DNA of 64,000 bases from an uncultured Candidatus Saccharibacteria bacterium (lineage in GTDB: Bacteria; Patescibacteriota; Minisyncoccia; UBA6257; GWB1-50-10), in contig CAYHGT010000002.1 of assembly GCA_964356375.1 (NCBI GenBank), forward strand, positions 7,056 to 71,055, given 5' to 3'. Positions 20,060-30,230 of the stretch are shown one piece after another; the stretch's first letter is position 1, and each line of letters starts with the position of its first letter. A program made the translations under genes and the position numbers. The notes below the pieces were generated by a model. It was not told where the DNA came from. It did not search any database and saw only the letters and a list, made by a program, of their open reading frames with translations.

Positions 20060-20278
20060 ATGAAAAAGAACGAATTTAACGCAATAAAAAATAAGCCAGT
20101 TGCCGAGATTGAAAAAGAACTCGCGGAGCTTCGTACGAAGCGTGTGAATCTTAAATTTGATTTGGTTGCAGGAAAAGTGAAGAATATTCGCGAAATTCAG
20201 AATGTGAAGACGAGTATTGCTCAGCTTCTTACTGTGTTGCAGGAAAGGTCAAAAACCGAAGTGAAAATGAGCAAATAA
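20060..20278 (+). CDS. rpmC: 50S ribosomal protein uL29
   Basis: size, IAQLLTV, operon position. Confidence 0.92.
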   Translation: MKKNEFNAIKNKPVAEIEKELAELRTKRVNLKFDLVAGKVKNIREIQNVKTSIAQLLTVLQERSKTEVKMSK

Positions 20279-20279
20279 T

Positions 20280-20507
20280 ATGAGAAAACTTCAAGGTATA
20301 ATTGTTTCGGATAAAATGATGAAGACTCGCGTGGTCGCCGTTGATCGCATGAAAAAGCATCCGCGATATGAAAAGTATTACACTGTAACGGAGCGATTCA
20401 AGGCACACGACGAAAAGAACGAATATAAGACGGGGGACAAGGTAATTATTCAAGAAGTTCGTCCGATGTCACGTGAAAAACGCTGGACAATTGTTGAAAA
20501 AGCGTAG
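20280..20507 (+). CDS. rpsQ: 30S ribosomal protein uS17
   Basis: VSDKMMKT, HPRY, AHDE, RPMS. Confidence 0.96.
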   Translation: MRKLQGIIVSDKMMKTRVVAVDRMKKHPRYEKYYTVTERFKAHDEKNEYKTGDKVIIQEVRPMSREKRWTIVEKA

Positions 20508-20543
20508 ATACTATTGAGACACTAATTTCGGCAATATAACACA

Positions 20544-20909
20544 ATGATTCAAGAACGATCCATATTAAAAGTGGCTGATAACAGCGGTGCAAAGACCGTG
20601 CGTTGTTTTCGCGTGCTTGGCGGAAGCCGTAAGCGATATGCAACAATCGGCCAGATTATCGTGGCATCTGTGCAGAAAGCCGAGCCAAGAAAGCAGGTAA
20701 AGAAGAAGGATATAGTTCGTGCGCTTGTGGTGCGTTCGCGCGCTCCTACGAAACGCGCAGACGGTTCAAGAATCCGATTTGATGATAACGCAGTGGTAAT
20801 CATTGATAAGGGCGAGCCGAAAGGAACCCGTATCTTCGGTCCGATTCCTCGCGAGATTAAAGAAAAGGGTTATGCAACCATTGCATCGCTCGCAGAAGAG
20901 CTCGTATAA
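20544..20909 (+). CDS. rplN: 50S ribosomal protein uL14
   Basis: [22 protein letters not shown]. Confidence 0.98.
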   Translation: MIQERSILKVADNSGAKTVRCFRVLGGSRKRYATIGQIIVASVQKAEPRKQVKKKDIVRALVVRSRAPTKRADGSRIRFDDNAVVIIDKGEPKGTRIFGPIPREIKEKGYATIASLAEELV

Positions 20910-20933
20910 CAATTCAAACACTTGAGTATGAAT

Positions 20934-21033
20934 CCCGTACAAAAATTAACAAACATGATTTTAAAGAAATACAAAGTTAATATTGCACCAGTGCAATTAG
21001 TCGTAAGACGGGGATTTTTAATTTTCTAACGAG
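20934..21033. mobile_element. 100 bp MITE-like element at the rplX start codon
   Basis: ATGAAT|CCCGTAC...TTCTAACGAG|ATGAAC; the right flank is the rplX ATG. Confidence 0.7.
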
Positions 21034-21339
21034 ATGAACATCAAAAAAGGCGATACAATTAAAATCTTGGTAGGAAAAGACCGTGGAAAAACCGGTAAAG
21101 TTGTTCACGCGGATTCAAAAGCCGGCAAGGTGTCGCTTGAGGGTTTGAATTTGTACAAGAAGCATGTGAAACCGAAAAAGCAGGGGCAGAAGGGAGAGAT
21201 TGTATCAATCGCCCGTCCGATGGATATTTCAAACGTTGCGATTGTATGCCCGAACTGCAATAAGCAGACACGCATTGGATTTCGCATGGACGTGGATAAA
21301 AAGGTGCGGTATTGCGCAAAGTGTAAAGGAGCAATCTAA
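21034..21339 (+). CDS. rplX: 50S ribosomal protein uL24
   Basis: IKKGD..GKDRGK, ISNV, C-terminal CxxC pairs. Confidence 0.97.
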   Translation: MNIKKGDTIKILVGKDRGKTGKVVHADSKAGKVSLEGLNLYKKHVKPKKQGQKGEIVSIARPMDISNVAIVCPNCNKQTRIGFRMDVDKKVRYCAKCKGAI

Positions 21340-21342
21340 CCC

Positions 21343-21855
21343 ATGAAAAAGGAACCGAAAACAACTAAATACACGCAATCAGTACTTGCAAAACTCGTCA
21401 TAAATTCCGGTGTTGGCAAGCTTCGCAATCAGGCGCAATTTGACGATAAGATTTTGCCGGAAATTGAGAAAGAGCTCGCAAGCATCACGGGTCAGAAACC
21501 AGCAGAGCGCAAAGCAAAGAAATCAATCTCCACATTTAAGATTCGCGAAGGCGAAGTAGTGGGTTTGCAGGTGACGCTTCGCAAACAACGCATGAATGAT
21601 TTTCTTTCCAAGGTGGTGAATGTGGTGTTGCCCCGCGTGAAGGACTTCCGAGGACTTGAGATTTCAAGCATAGACCATGACGGTAATTTGAATTTTGGTT
21701 TTCGTGAACAAACCGTGTTCCCGGAAATCAATCCGGAAAAATCGCATGTGACATTCGGCCTTCAGGTGACGGTGGTCCCGAAAGAGAAAAATCGCGAGGC
21801 AGCAATTGCGTTATACAGGTCGCTTGGAGTACCATTAAAAAACTCTGAAAAGTAA
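21343..21855 (+). CDS. rplE: 50S ribosomal protein uL5
   Basis: ITGQKP, FKIREG, LPRVKDFRG, FPEI. Confidence 0.96.
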   Translation: MKKEPKTTKYTQSVLAKLVINSGVGKLRNQAQFDDKILPEIEKELASITGQKPAERKAKKSISTFKIREGEVVGLQVTLRKQRMNDFLSKVVNVVLPRVKDFRGLEISSIDHDGNLNFGFREQTVFPEINPEKSHVTFGLQVTVVPKEKNREAAIALYRSLGVPLKNSEK

Positions 21856-21857
21856 TC

Positions 21858-22043
21858 ATGGCTAAAACATCTGTAATCGCAAGAGCAAAAAAGGTACCGA
21901 AGTATTCTACGCGCATTGTAAAGCGATGTTTTCGTTGCGGAAGGAAGCGCGGATATATGAACGATTTCAATTTGTGCAGAATCTGTTTCAGAGAGTTCGC
22001 AAGTCGCGGAGAAATCCCGGGAATAAAAAAATCATCTTGGTAA
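21858..22043 (+). CDS. rpsN: 30S ribosomal protein uS14, zinc type
   Basis: RCFRCGR...LCRICFRE, KSSW. Confidence 0.97.
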   Translation: MAKTSVIARAKKVPKYSTRIVKRCFRCGRKRGYMNDFNLCRICFREFASRGEIPGIKKSSW

Positions 22044-22044
22044 T

Positions 22045-22416
22045 ATGTATATAGACCTTTTGATAAAAATGAAAAATGCGGAGGCCGCCGAGAAATATTT
22101 CCTTAAAACGAAATATACCAAGATGGACAGCGCGGTAACTGAAATTCTCACACGATACGGATTTGTGAAGAGTTTTGATATAAAAGGAAAATCATACAAA
22201 AAAGTGATTGAGATGGAATTGAGCGAAAAGCGCCCCATTAAGGGAATTAAATTTTTGAGCAAGCCATCCCTTCGTCGCTATAGCGGATATGGAGATTTTA
22301 GACGCGTAAAAAGCGGATTCGGACTTCTCGTTGTATCTACTTCAAAAGGCGTGATGTCTGGCGATGAAGCAAGAAAAGAAAAAGTAGGAGGACAGCTCTT
22401 ATTCCAGATTTGGTAA
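22045..22416 (+). CDS. rpsH: 30S ribosomal protein uS8
   Basis: SKPSLRRY, STSKGVM, VGGQ. Confidence 0.95.
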   Translation: MYIDLLIKMKNAEAAEKYFLKTKYTKMDSAVTEILTRYGFVKSFDIKGKSYKKVIEMELSEKRPIKGIKFLSKPSLRRYSGYGDFRRVKSGFGLLVVSTSKGVMSGDEARKEKVGGQLLFQIW

Positions 22417-22429
22417 TTATTCAATATAT

Positions 22430-22972
22430 ATGTCTAAAGTAGGAAAAAAACTTATTGAGATTCCGACAGGCATCACGGTAACCGTGGAGCCAAAGCGCGT
22501 TGTCGTAAAAGATGCAAAGCGCGAGCTTGTAATTGAAAAATTACGTGGTATCAATGTAAAAGTGGAGGGCAATGAGGTAACACTTACTGCGGACAGTACC
22601 GCAAAGCAGATTCGTAGTAATTGGGGAACGCTTCGCTCATTAATTCAAAATGCTATTGAAGGACTTGTGAAAGGATACGAAAAGACCCTTATTGTTGAGG
22701 GAGTTGGATTCAAACTCGCAAAAGAAGGCAATGACCTTACCATGAACCTTGGATTTTCACATCCGATTAAATATAAGACGCCGATGCATATTGAGTTTGA
22801 GATTGAGAAGAACACTATTTTAAAAATTAAGGGATTTGATAAAGCGCTCGTGGGTCAGGTGGCCGCAGAAATTCGCGCACTCAAGAAGCCCGAACCATAC
22901 AAGGGCAAGGGATTCCGATATTCCGACGAAGTCATTAAACGCAAAGCCGGCAAGAAAGCTGCTGCAAAATAA
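22430..22972 (+). CDS. rplF: 50S ribosomal protein uL6
   Basis: LGFSHP, PEPYKGKG. Confidence 0.97.
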   Translation: MSKVGKKLIEIPTGITVTVEPKRVVVKDAKRELVIEKLRGINVKVEGNEVTLTADSTAKQIRSNWGTLRSLIQNAIEGLVKGYEKTLIVEGVGFKLAKEGNDLTMNLGFSHPIKYKTPMHIEFEIEKNTILKIKGFDKALVGQVAAEIRALKKPEPYKGKGFRYSDEVIKRKAGKKAAAK

Positions 22973-22984
22973 TAGCAACTATAT

Positions 22985-23338
22985 ATGAACGATAGAAAGA
23001 AATTAATGGAGAAGAGAGAACGAAGAGCAATCCGCACCCGCGCGCGTATTCGTGGCACCGCAGAACGTCCTCGCTTGTCGGTGTTCCGAAGCAATAAATA
23101 TATGCTTGCGCAGTTGATTGACGATGTGGCCGGAAAAACAGTCGCCTCAGCAACTTCAAAGGAGATGAAGAAGAAGGAGCCAAAACTTACTGGCGCAGAA
23201 TTTGTAGGAAAGATAATTGCAGAGCGTGCAAAATCAGTGGGAGTAACCACAGCAGTGTTTGATCGCGGTTCATATCGCTATCATGGTCGCGTAAAGGCGC
23301 TTGTGGAAGCGGTTCGCAAAGAGGGAATCAATATTTAA
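22985..23338 (+). CDS. rplR: 50S ribosomal protein uL18
   Basis: RPRLSVFRS, FDRGSYRYHGRV. Confidence 0.97.
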   Translation: MNDRKKLMEKRERRAIRTRARIRGTAERPRLSVFRSNKYMLAQLIDDVAGKTVASATSKEMKKKEPKLTGAEFVGKIIAERAKSVGVTTAVFDRGSYRYHGRVKALVEAVRKEGINI

Positions 23339-23339
23339 T

Positions 23340-23864
23340 ATGTTTAATCCTAACCAGAAAACAAATCCAAATTCGCCGAGAGGGCCACAGAGAGGAGGAC
23401 CGAGGCGCATGATGCCGAAGCGCGTTACCGAATTTAAGGAACGTGTGCTTGAAGTGCGTCGCGTGACTCGTGTGGTTGCTGGTGGAAAGCGTTTCAGTTT
23501 CCGTGCAACAGTGGTTGCTGGTGATATGAAGGGACGCGTAGGCATCGGCACCGCAAAAGGTTTGGATTTTTCAGCGGCGGTACAAAAAGCAACACGTCAG
23601 GCGGAAAAAGGCATGGTTCGTATCAACCTGAAGGACGGACGCACTGTTCCATACGAAATTAATGCAAAATATGATGCAGCGCGAGTCCGTATCAAACCTG
23701 CGAAAGCTGGGCACGGTCTTATAGCGGGAGGTTCGCTTCGCGTGGTTTTGGAACTCGTAGGTATTAAAGATGTGTCAGCAAAGATTATAGGTACTACGAA
23801 GAATAAGATTGCAAACGCACGGGCGGGAATAAAGGCCTTGCAGTCAATAGAAGCAGTTAACTAA
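23340..23864 (+). CDS. rpsE: 30S ribosomal protein uS5
   Basis: RVTRVVAGGKRFSF, GHGLIAGG. Confidence 0.97.
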   Translation: MFNPNQKTNPNSPRGPQRGGPRRMMPKRVTEFKERVLEVRRVTRVVAGGKRFSFRATVVAGDMKGRVGIGTAKGLDFSAAVQKATRQAEKGMVRINLKDGRTVPYEINAKYDAARVRIKPAKAGHGLIAGGSLRVVLELVGIKDVSAKIIGTTKNKIANARAGIKALQSIEAVN

Positions 23865-23874
23865 TTTTCAAAAT

Positions 23875-24294
23875 ATGCAGCTTAACGATTTAAAACCAAA
23901 TGCAATAAGAAAAAGTCAGAAGCGCGTGGGCCGTGGTGGCAAGCGCGGAACGACCTCGGGACACGGACAAAAGGGACAGAAATCCCGCGCCGGTCACAGA
24001 ATCCGCCCCGCAGAGCGCGATCTTTTGATGCGCATTCCGAAATTGCGCGGTATCAAGAACAAGCCGAAACGCCCGAACGCATTACTCTTTACTGTGGGCG
24101 AGCTTACAAAGATTTTCCCAGAAGGCGTGGTTTCAAAAAAAGTTATCGTTGAAAAAGGATTGGCACTGGGCACACACATCCGCATAAAGATTTTAAGCGG
24201 TGGCGAGATAAAGAAGGCAATCATGGTTGAAGGAGTAGAAATTTCTAAGAGCGCAAAAGCAAAAATAGAAAAGGCGGGCGGAATCGTTAAGTAA
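23875..24294 (+). CDS. rplO: 50S ribosomal protein uL15
   Basis: RVGRG, GQKGQKSRAG, KIEKAGG. Confidence 0.96.
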   Translation: MQLNDLKPNAIRKSQKRVGRGGKRGTTSGHGQKGQKSRAGHRIRPAERDLLMRIPKLRGIKNKPKRPNALLFTVGELTKIFPEGVVSKKVIVEKGLALGTHIRIKILSGGEIKKAIMVEGVEISKSAKAKIEKAGGIVK

Positions 24295-24305
24295 TACGAA
24301 TCAAA

Positions 24306-25577
24306 ATGAATAAACTGGTTCTTATCTTCAAATCTCCGGATCTTCGCAAAAAAGTACTCATGGTGCTTTTTTGGCTTTTTGTGTTCCGTCTTTTTGCAGC
24401 AATCCCAATACCAGGTATTGATGCGTCGCGCTTGCAGGTCTTCTTTGAATCAAACCAGCTATTTGGTTTCTTAAACATCTTTTCGGGCGGAGGTCTCTCT
24501 AATCTTTCAATAATGATGCTTGGTGTTGGTCCCTATATCACCGCAACCATCATAATGCAGCTCTTGACCATCATCTTCCCGAATCTCAAAAAAGCATATT
24601 ACGAAGAGGGCGCAGCGGGCCAGGCGAAGTTTAACCGCATCTCTCGTCTTATCACGGTGCCACTCGCAATGCTTCAGGGTTATGGATTTTTGAACTTGCT
24701 TATGTCTCAGGGCGTTATTCCTCGTCTTGATTTATTTTCAATCGTGACCGATGTGCTCATCATAACCGGGGGCTCGGTCTTCCTAATGTGGATTGGTGAG
24801 ATTCTCTCCGAATACAAAATTGGTAATGGTATTTCGCTTCTCATTCTCGCAGGCATTGTGAGCGCTTTGCCACAGACAATATCTTCGGCGTTCTTAAACT
24901 ATACTCCCGCGGTGCTCCCAACCTATCTGCTTTTTACGGTAATCAGCGTTATTGTTATCGCGGGCGTGGTGTTTGTGAACGAAGGAGAGCGAAAAATCCC
25001 GGTATCATACGCAAAACAAGTGCGCGGTATGAAAGTGTATGGCGGCGCATCGTCATATCTCCCGCTTAAGGTTAACCAAGCGGGCGTAATTCCGATTATC
25101 TTCGCAATTTCCATTTTGCTTTTCCCTCAGTTTATTGCACAATCTATCGCAATTTTTTCACCCGACCTTTCATTAAAGATGAATGAGATTGTATCAAAGG
25201 TGTTTAATAACCAGCTCATCTATGGCTCGCTCTATTTCTTCTTGGTCGTGATGTTCACATATTTCTATACCGCTATCACATTTGATCCAAAGGAAATCTC
25301 AAAAAATCTTCAGCAGAGCGGTGGATTTATTCCCGGTATTCGTCCGGGTGAGGCAACCGCAGAAGTCATTGCAAAGACGGTACATCGCATAACCTTATTT
25401 GGTGCGTTGTTTCTTGGTGTGATTGCAATCTTGCCAAACGTTACGCGATTCTTCACAGGAGTTCAATCATTCAGTGTGGGCGGTACGGCACTTCTCATCG
25501 CGGTTGCGGTGGCTTTGGATTCAATGAAACAGATTGAATCACAACTCACAATTCGCGAGTACGAGGGAATATTCTAA
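24306..25577 (+). CDS. secY: preprotein translocase SecY
   Basis: LGVGPYITA, GNGISL, AGVIPIIFA, IPGIRPG. Confidence 0.98.
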   Translation: MNKLVLIFKSPDLRKKVLMVLFWLFVFRLFAAIPIPGIDASRLQVFFESNQLFGFLNIFSGGGLSNLSIMMLGVGPYITATIIMQLLTIIFPNLKKAYYEEGAAGQAKFNRISRLITVPLAMLQGYGFLNLLMSQGVIPRLDLFSIVTDVLIITGGSVFLMWIGEILSEYKIGNGISLLILAGIVSALPQTISSAFLNYTPAVLPTYLLFTVISVIVIAGVVFVNEGERKIPVSYAKQVRGMKVYGGASSYLPLKVNQAGVIPIIFAISILLFPQFIAQSIAIFSPDLSLKMNEIVSKVFNNQLIYGSLYFFLVVMFTYFYTAITFDPKEISKNLQQSGGFIPGIRPGEATAEVIAKTVHRITLFGALFLGVIAILPNVTRFFTGVQSFSVGGTALLIAVAVALDSMKQIESQLTIREYEGIF

Positions 25578-25641
25578 GAGATAATCGCTTCTCGCTCATA
25601 CGCCTAAAACATTAAAATTCACTGTTTGCTACAATGTATAT

Positions 25642-26049
25642 ATGTCAGCAATCGTAGCTCTAATTGCACTCTCGTTAATTGGTATTGGCGAAACAATCTA
25701 CCTTATTCGCAAAAGAATAAGAACAGAGAGACCAATTTGCGTTCTTGGCGATAGTTGTAGCGCGGTGCTTGAAAGTAAATATAATAAACTTTTTCTTATC
25801 CCTAATGATATTTTGGGGCTTCTCACCTATGGAATGATATTTCTTTTGTCTGTGTTTTATCTGTATGGCATTATACCGACAGAATTCACGGTACTTGGTA
25901 TTATCGGATTGGTTAGCTTAGGATGTTCGGCGTCGCTTATATTTTCTTATATTGAATGGAGAATTATAAAAGCGTGGTGTTTTTGGTGTCTTGCATCTAC
26001 ATTTACATTTTTTGCAATTGGAATTATATTAATACTCTATGGCTTCTAA
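25642..26049 (+). CDS. vitamin K epoxide reductase (VKOR) family protein
   Basis: C..C.AVLESKY loop cysteines and WCFWC motif. Confidence 0.9.
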   Translation: MSAIVALIALSLIGIGETIYLIRKRIRTERPICVLGDSCSAVLESKYNKLFLIPNDILGLLTYGMIFLLSVFYLYGIIPTEFTVLGIIGLVSLGCSASLIFSYIEWRIIKAWCFWCLASTFTFFAIGIILILYGF

Positions 26050-26093
26050 CACAACCAAATGCTGGAAACTAAAAACAATAATATACAAACATA

Positions 26094-26486
26094 ATGTTCG
26101 CACAAACACTACAATACAGTGATATCGGACTCTTCGTGCTTCGTTTCGCCGTTGGAATAATTTTTATCGTGCATGCGATACCAAAATTCAAGCATCCCAA
26201 AGATATGGCGCTTGGTATTGGTATCTCAGGCATGAGCTTCATGATTGTGCTTTTAGGGTTGGTTGAAATGGTTTCAGCGCTTTATTTGATATTCGGGTTT
26301 TATACGCAACTCGGCGCATTGCTTTTAAGTTGCGTAATGGTCGGCGCAATCACCATAAAAATAACCAAGTGGGGCGTTCCATTTTCCACAAATGACAAAA
26401 TGGGTTGGGAGTTTGACCTTGTGTTGCTCGCGGCAAATATAGCGATTCTTTTGGTTGGTGGAGGCTCGTTGGGAATTCAGCAGTAG
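26094..26486 (+). CDS. DoxX family membrane protein
   Basis: LRFAVGIIFIVHAIPK, GWEFDLVL, GGG. Confidence 0.9.
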   Translation: MFAQTLQYSDIGLFVLRFAVGIIFIVHAIPKFKHPKDMALGIGISGMSFMIVLLGLVEMVSALYLIFGFYTQLGALLLSCVMVGAITIKITKWGVPFSTNDKMGWEFDLVLLAANIAILLVGGGSLGIQQ

Positions 26487-26510
26487 CAAAAAAGATTTAA
26501 CTTTAAATTT

Positions 26511-26678
26511 ATGGAAGAAAATAAAGAAACGAAAAATAATACGCCGTGCATGGCATGCGAATGTCCATGCGAAGTGCACACCGAGCATACGCATGGCGAT
26601 AAGCCAGGCAAAATCTGTGTCGGTTGCGGACACAAGAAGGTGAATGAGAAGATGTGTGAGAATTGCCCCAAAAAGTAA
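26511..26678 (+). CDS. 55 aa Cys/His-rich metallothionein-like peptide
   Basis: hand translation MEENKETKNNTPCMACECPCEVHTEHTHGDKPGKICVGCGHKKVNEKMCENCPKK; 8 Cys, 4 His; fills the intergenic gap. Confidence 0.75.
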   Translation: MEENKETKNNTPCMACECPCEVHTEHTHGDKPGKICVGCGHKKVNEKMCENCPKK

Positions 26679-26749
26679 CACTAATGCCGTATAGGGCCGA
26701 TTGGTCAGCCGACTTTTAAAGTACGGCATAATGAGGCATACTTAAAATT

Positions 26750-28090
26750 ATGCAAGTTATAGAGCCAAAATTACCAGGTGGATTCAGGGATTATCTCCCC
26801 GAAGATATGATACCGCGTCAAAAGATGTTTGATGCAATACGTGAAACATTTGAGCGGTTTGGCTTTGTGCCCCTTGATACACCAGGCGTGGAAAGGACGG
26901 AAATCTTAACTGGTGGCGACGAACATTTTAAGAAACAGATTTATGGCGTGGTATCCGAGGGTGGCGACGAAAACGAGCTATCGCTTCGGTTTGATTTAAC
27001 TGTGCCACTTGCGCGCGTGATGGCCGCAAACTCGGGTACGCTCAAAAAACCGTTCAAGCGATATCAGATGGGCAAGGTCTGGCGCGGTGAGCGCCAGCAG
27101 GCAGGGCGATATCGGGAGTTTGTACAGTGCGATGCGGATATCGTTGGCTCCTCGCGCGCATCTGCCGATGCAGAAATTATTGCACTTATGTATGCGACAA
27201 TGAAAGCGCTCGGTTTTTCTAATTTTCTTATTCGTGTAAACAATAGAAAAATCTTAAACGGGCTTGCGCCATGTGCGGGATTTGAAGAATGGAAAATAGA
27301 ACCCGTGTTGCGTTCGCTTGATAAACTTGGTAAACAATCGTGGGACGATGTTGCAGAAGAACTCGCAGATGAAAAGTGTGCGTATCTTAGCGTCAAGCAA
27401 ATTGAGATTATCGGAAAATTTTTGAAAATTAAAAGCAAAAATTACAAAAAAACACTCGAAGAGGCGACCGAGCTTATGCGAGGTATTGCCATTGCAGAAG
27501 AGGGCATACAAGAGCTCACCGAGGTGGCAAAGTATCTTGAATGGCTTGGCGTGCCGGAGAGTGCGTGGACGATAGATTTCTCCGTCGCACGAGGCCTTGG
27601 ATATTACACAGGAACAATATTTGAAACCACACTCACAGACCTTCCGCAGATTGGTAGCGTGTTTTCGGGTGGGCGCTATGACAATTTAATTTCGCGTTTT
27701 GGAAGCACTATAATTCCTGCGGTTGGCACATCTATCGGCATTGACCGCCTTTTTGCAGCAATGGAACAGCTGAAACTTGTAAAACAAGAAAAGACGGTTA
27801 CGGAAGTTCTATTCTTGAATTTTGATGAGGCGAGTGAGAGCGATGTTATTAAAAATGTTTCTCTGTTGCGTACCGAGGGAATTAACACGGAATTCTATGT
27901 AGGAAACGAAGAAAATTTGAAGGGTCAGCTTGCGTATGCCGTGAATACGGAGATTCCAATTATAGTAATTATAGGCGCAATTGAGACCGCAAAATCGGTA
28001 GCACTCATAAAAGATATGAAGGCAAGAACGCAAGAAGAAGTGAAACAAAAGAAATTAGCAGAGAGGATAAAAGAAATTCTCAAGAAATAA
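26750..28090 (+). CDS. hisS: histidine--tRNA ligase
   Basis: LRFDLTVP, GRYREFVQCDAD, RGLGYYTG, GGRYD. Confidence 0.98.
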   Translation: MQVIEPKLPGGFRDYLPEDMIPRQKMFDAIRETFERFGFVPLDTPGVERTEILTGGDEHFKKQIYGVVSEGGDENELSLRFDLTVPLARVMAANSGTLKKPFKRYQMGKVWRGERQQAGRYREFVQCDADIVGSSRASADAEIIALMYATMKALGFSNFLIRVNNRKILNGLAPCAGFEEWKIEPVLRSLDKLGKQSWDDVAEELADEKCAYLSVKQIEIIGKFLKIKSKNYKKTLEEATELMRGIAIAEEGIQELTEVAKYLEWLGVPESAWTIDFSVARGLGYYTGTIFETTLTDLPQIGSVFSGGRYDNLISRFGSTIIPAVGTSIGIDRLFAAMEQLKLVKQEKTVTEVLFLNFDEASESDVIKNVSLLRTEGINTEFYVGNEENLKGQLAYAVNTEIPIIVIIGAIETAKSVALIKDMKARTQEEVKQKKLAERIKEILKK

Positions 28091-28138
28091 GCGCCGAACC
28101 CCGTCACAAGATGGGGTTTTCTCAATTGATATTTTCTA

Positions 28139-29116
28139 ATGGTAAAAGGATTCTGGAAAACAATTAAAAAACCGATTTTTGTACTTGCGCCTATGGCGGA
28201 CGTTACGGACGCGGCATTTAGGCATATTATTGCAAAATATGGCAAACCAGATGTGCTGTGGACGGAATTTGTTGCGTGTGATGGCTTATGTTCGGATAAG
28301 GGTCGCAAACGATTACTTATTGATTTGAAGTTTGATAAATCCGAACGCCCAATTATCGCGCAACTATTCAGCAGTCGCCCCGACCATATGGAAGAGTGCG
28401 CGCGACTTATTGAAAAGTTGGGTTTTGACGGACTGGACATAAATATGGGATGTCCCGACAAGACAATAGAAAAACAGGGTGCGGGTGCGGTGCTCATCAA
28501 AAACCCTAAACTTGCCGCAGAACTTATTGCAGCAGCAAAGCGTGGCGCGGGCGATATGCCAGTGTCTGTAAAAACTCGGATTGGTTATAACACAAATATT
28601 TTGGAGAGCTGGTTGCCAATTCTTTTGGAAGCAGAACCCGCAGCCATCACAATTCATGCGCGCACACGCAAAGAAATGTCAAAAGTAAATGCGAATTGGG
28701 ACACAATTGGCGAGGCGGTCAGTATCGCGAGAAAATACGATTCATCACCTTCACGAACGCTCATCTTGGGTAACGGCGACGTGCAAGATATTAAGGATGC
28801 GGAAGAGAAAGTAAAGAAATATGGCGTGGACGGTGTGATGCTGGGGCGCGCCATATTCGGCAATCCGTGGCTTTTTAGTCGCAAATATGAAGGAAAAGAA
28901 ATTCCGATTAAAGAACGACTCGTGGTTATGGTTGAACACACGAAACTTTTTGAAAAAATGTATAAAGGCGTAAAGAGATTTGATGTGATGAAGAAACATT
29001 ATAAAGCATACGCATCGGAATTTGATGGCGCAAAAGAGCTTCGTGTTGAGCTTATGGCAACGAAAACTACAAAGGACGTGGAACAAATTGTGAAAAAGTT
29101 TCTCAAATCGCAATAA
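28139..29116 (+). CDS. dus: tRNA-dihydrouridine synthase family
   Basis: LAPMADVTD, DINMGCP, IHART, GNGD, GVMLGR. Confidence 0.95.
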   Translation: MVKGFWKTIKKPIFVLAPMADVTDAAFRHIIAKYGKPDVLWTEFVACDGLCSDKGRKRLLIDLKFDKSERPIIAQLFSSRPDHMEECARLIEKLGFDGLDINMGCPDKTIEKQGAGAVLIKNPKLAAELIAAAKRGAGDMPVSVKTRIGYNTNILESWLPILLEAEPAAITIHARTRKEMSKVNANWDTIGEAVSIARKYDSSPSRTLILGNGDVQDIKDAEEKVKKYGVDGVMLGRAIFGNPWLFSRKYEGKEIPIKERLVVMVEHTKLFEKMYKGVKRFDVMKKHYKAYASEFDGAKELRVELMATKTTKDVEQIVKKFLKSQ

Positions 29117-29135
29117 TAGGGGTATTATAGAGACG

Positions 29136-29828
29136 ATGCGAATTCAGAAATACATGTCGGAGCGAAAGATCTTGTCCCGTAGAGAAACGGAGGATTTTAT
29201 GTTAAAGGGCTTCATTACCGTAAATGGCAAGGTGGTAAAGGAGCTTGGGACCCAGATTGACCCCCTAAAAGACAAAATAGAGATTATCCAATCAGCAAGG
29301 CCAGCGCTTGGAAAGAAAATAACCATTGCGTTCAATAAACCGCGTGGCATTGTCTCCTCAAAAATTAAGGAAGAGGGACCCACGGTATTTGATTTGCTTC
29401 CTGAATTTACTTATTTGAATACTGTTGGTCGGCTTGATAAGGAAAGCGAAGGTCTATTGCTTCTCTCTAACGATGGCGCGATTACCTCAACAGTTACAGG
29501 AACCGATCATCTCATTGAAAAAGAGTATGAGGTGACAGTAAGCGAACCGCTAACCCCCGGAAAGCTCAAAAGAATTGAGGGCGGTATTATGCTCACCGAA
29601 GGGATGACCTTGCCCGCAAAAACAAAAATGATTGGCCCCCATATTTTTAAAATAATTTTACGGGAAGGGAAAAAACATCAGATACGCAGAATGTGCGCAG
29701 CAGTCTATCTCACTATTACCAATTTGAAACGAATTAGAATCGGAAATATTACCTTGAAAGATATTAAGCAGGGAAAATATCGACAGCTTACCGACGCCGA
29801 GGTCGCCACATTAAAAATAAAGGTTTAA
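29136..29828 (+). CDS. RsuA/RluB-family pseudouridine synthase
   Basis: S4 domain, NKPRG, GRLDKESEGLLLL. Confidence 0.95.
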   Translation: MRIQKYMSERKILSRRETEDFMLKGFITVNGKVVKELGTQIDPLKDKIEIIQSARPALGKKITIAFNKPRGIVSSKIKEEGPTVFDLLPEFTYLNTVGRLDKESEGLLLLSNDGAITSTVTGTDHLIEKEYEVTVSEPLTPGKLKRIEGGIMLTEGMTLPAKTKMIGPHIFKIILREGKKHQIRRMCAAVYLTITNLKRIRIGNITLKDIKQGKYRQLTDAEVATLKIKV

Positions 29829-29869
29829 TACAAAAATTCTGTTTAACGGTGGAGTTTTTATTGCACGAG

Positions 29870-30079
29870 TTATGCCTTAGGCATTTCGCACATCTTGCAG
29901 GTTCCCTTGTGAGTGAAAATCTGCACAAGCGCTGAGAGACCGACGAGGACATAGATAATTCTTGAAACGGAGGCCATCTGACCGCCGAAAAGCATACCGA
30001 TGTCCCATCCTACCAAGCCGACCAAAAGCCAGTTCAATCCACCGATGACCAAAAGAATAAATGAAATTTTGTGTAACAT
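29870..30079 (-). CDS. DUF378 family small membrane protein
   Basis: LLVIGGLNWLLVGL...IIYVLVGLSA. Confidence 0.88.
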   Translation of the reverse strand: MLHKISFILLVIGGLNWLLVGLVGWDIGMLFGGQMASVSRIIYVLVGLSALVQIFTHKGTCKMCEMPKA

Positions 30080-30230
30080 AGTTATAAATAAATTATGTGT
30101 ACGACCTTTACACCATTATATCATTCACATAATTCAAATCGCTCCTTGTGGCCAAAAACAAACAATTTGACCACACGTACAAATGGGGCTATCGTGGAAA
30201 CAGCACTCTAACACGCTGAAAGGGGCCGAT

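Noticed and set aside
23864-23875. missing rpmD (uL30)
   Set aside because: Known general feature of CPR bacteria; used only as a taxonomic clue.
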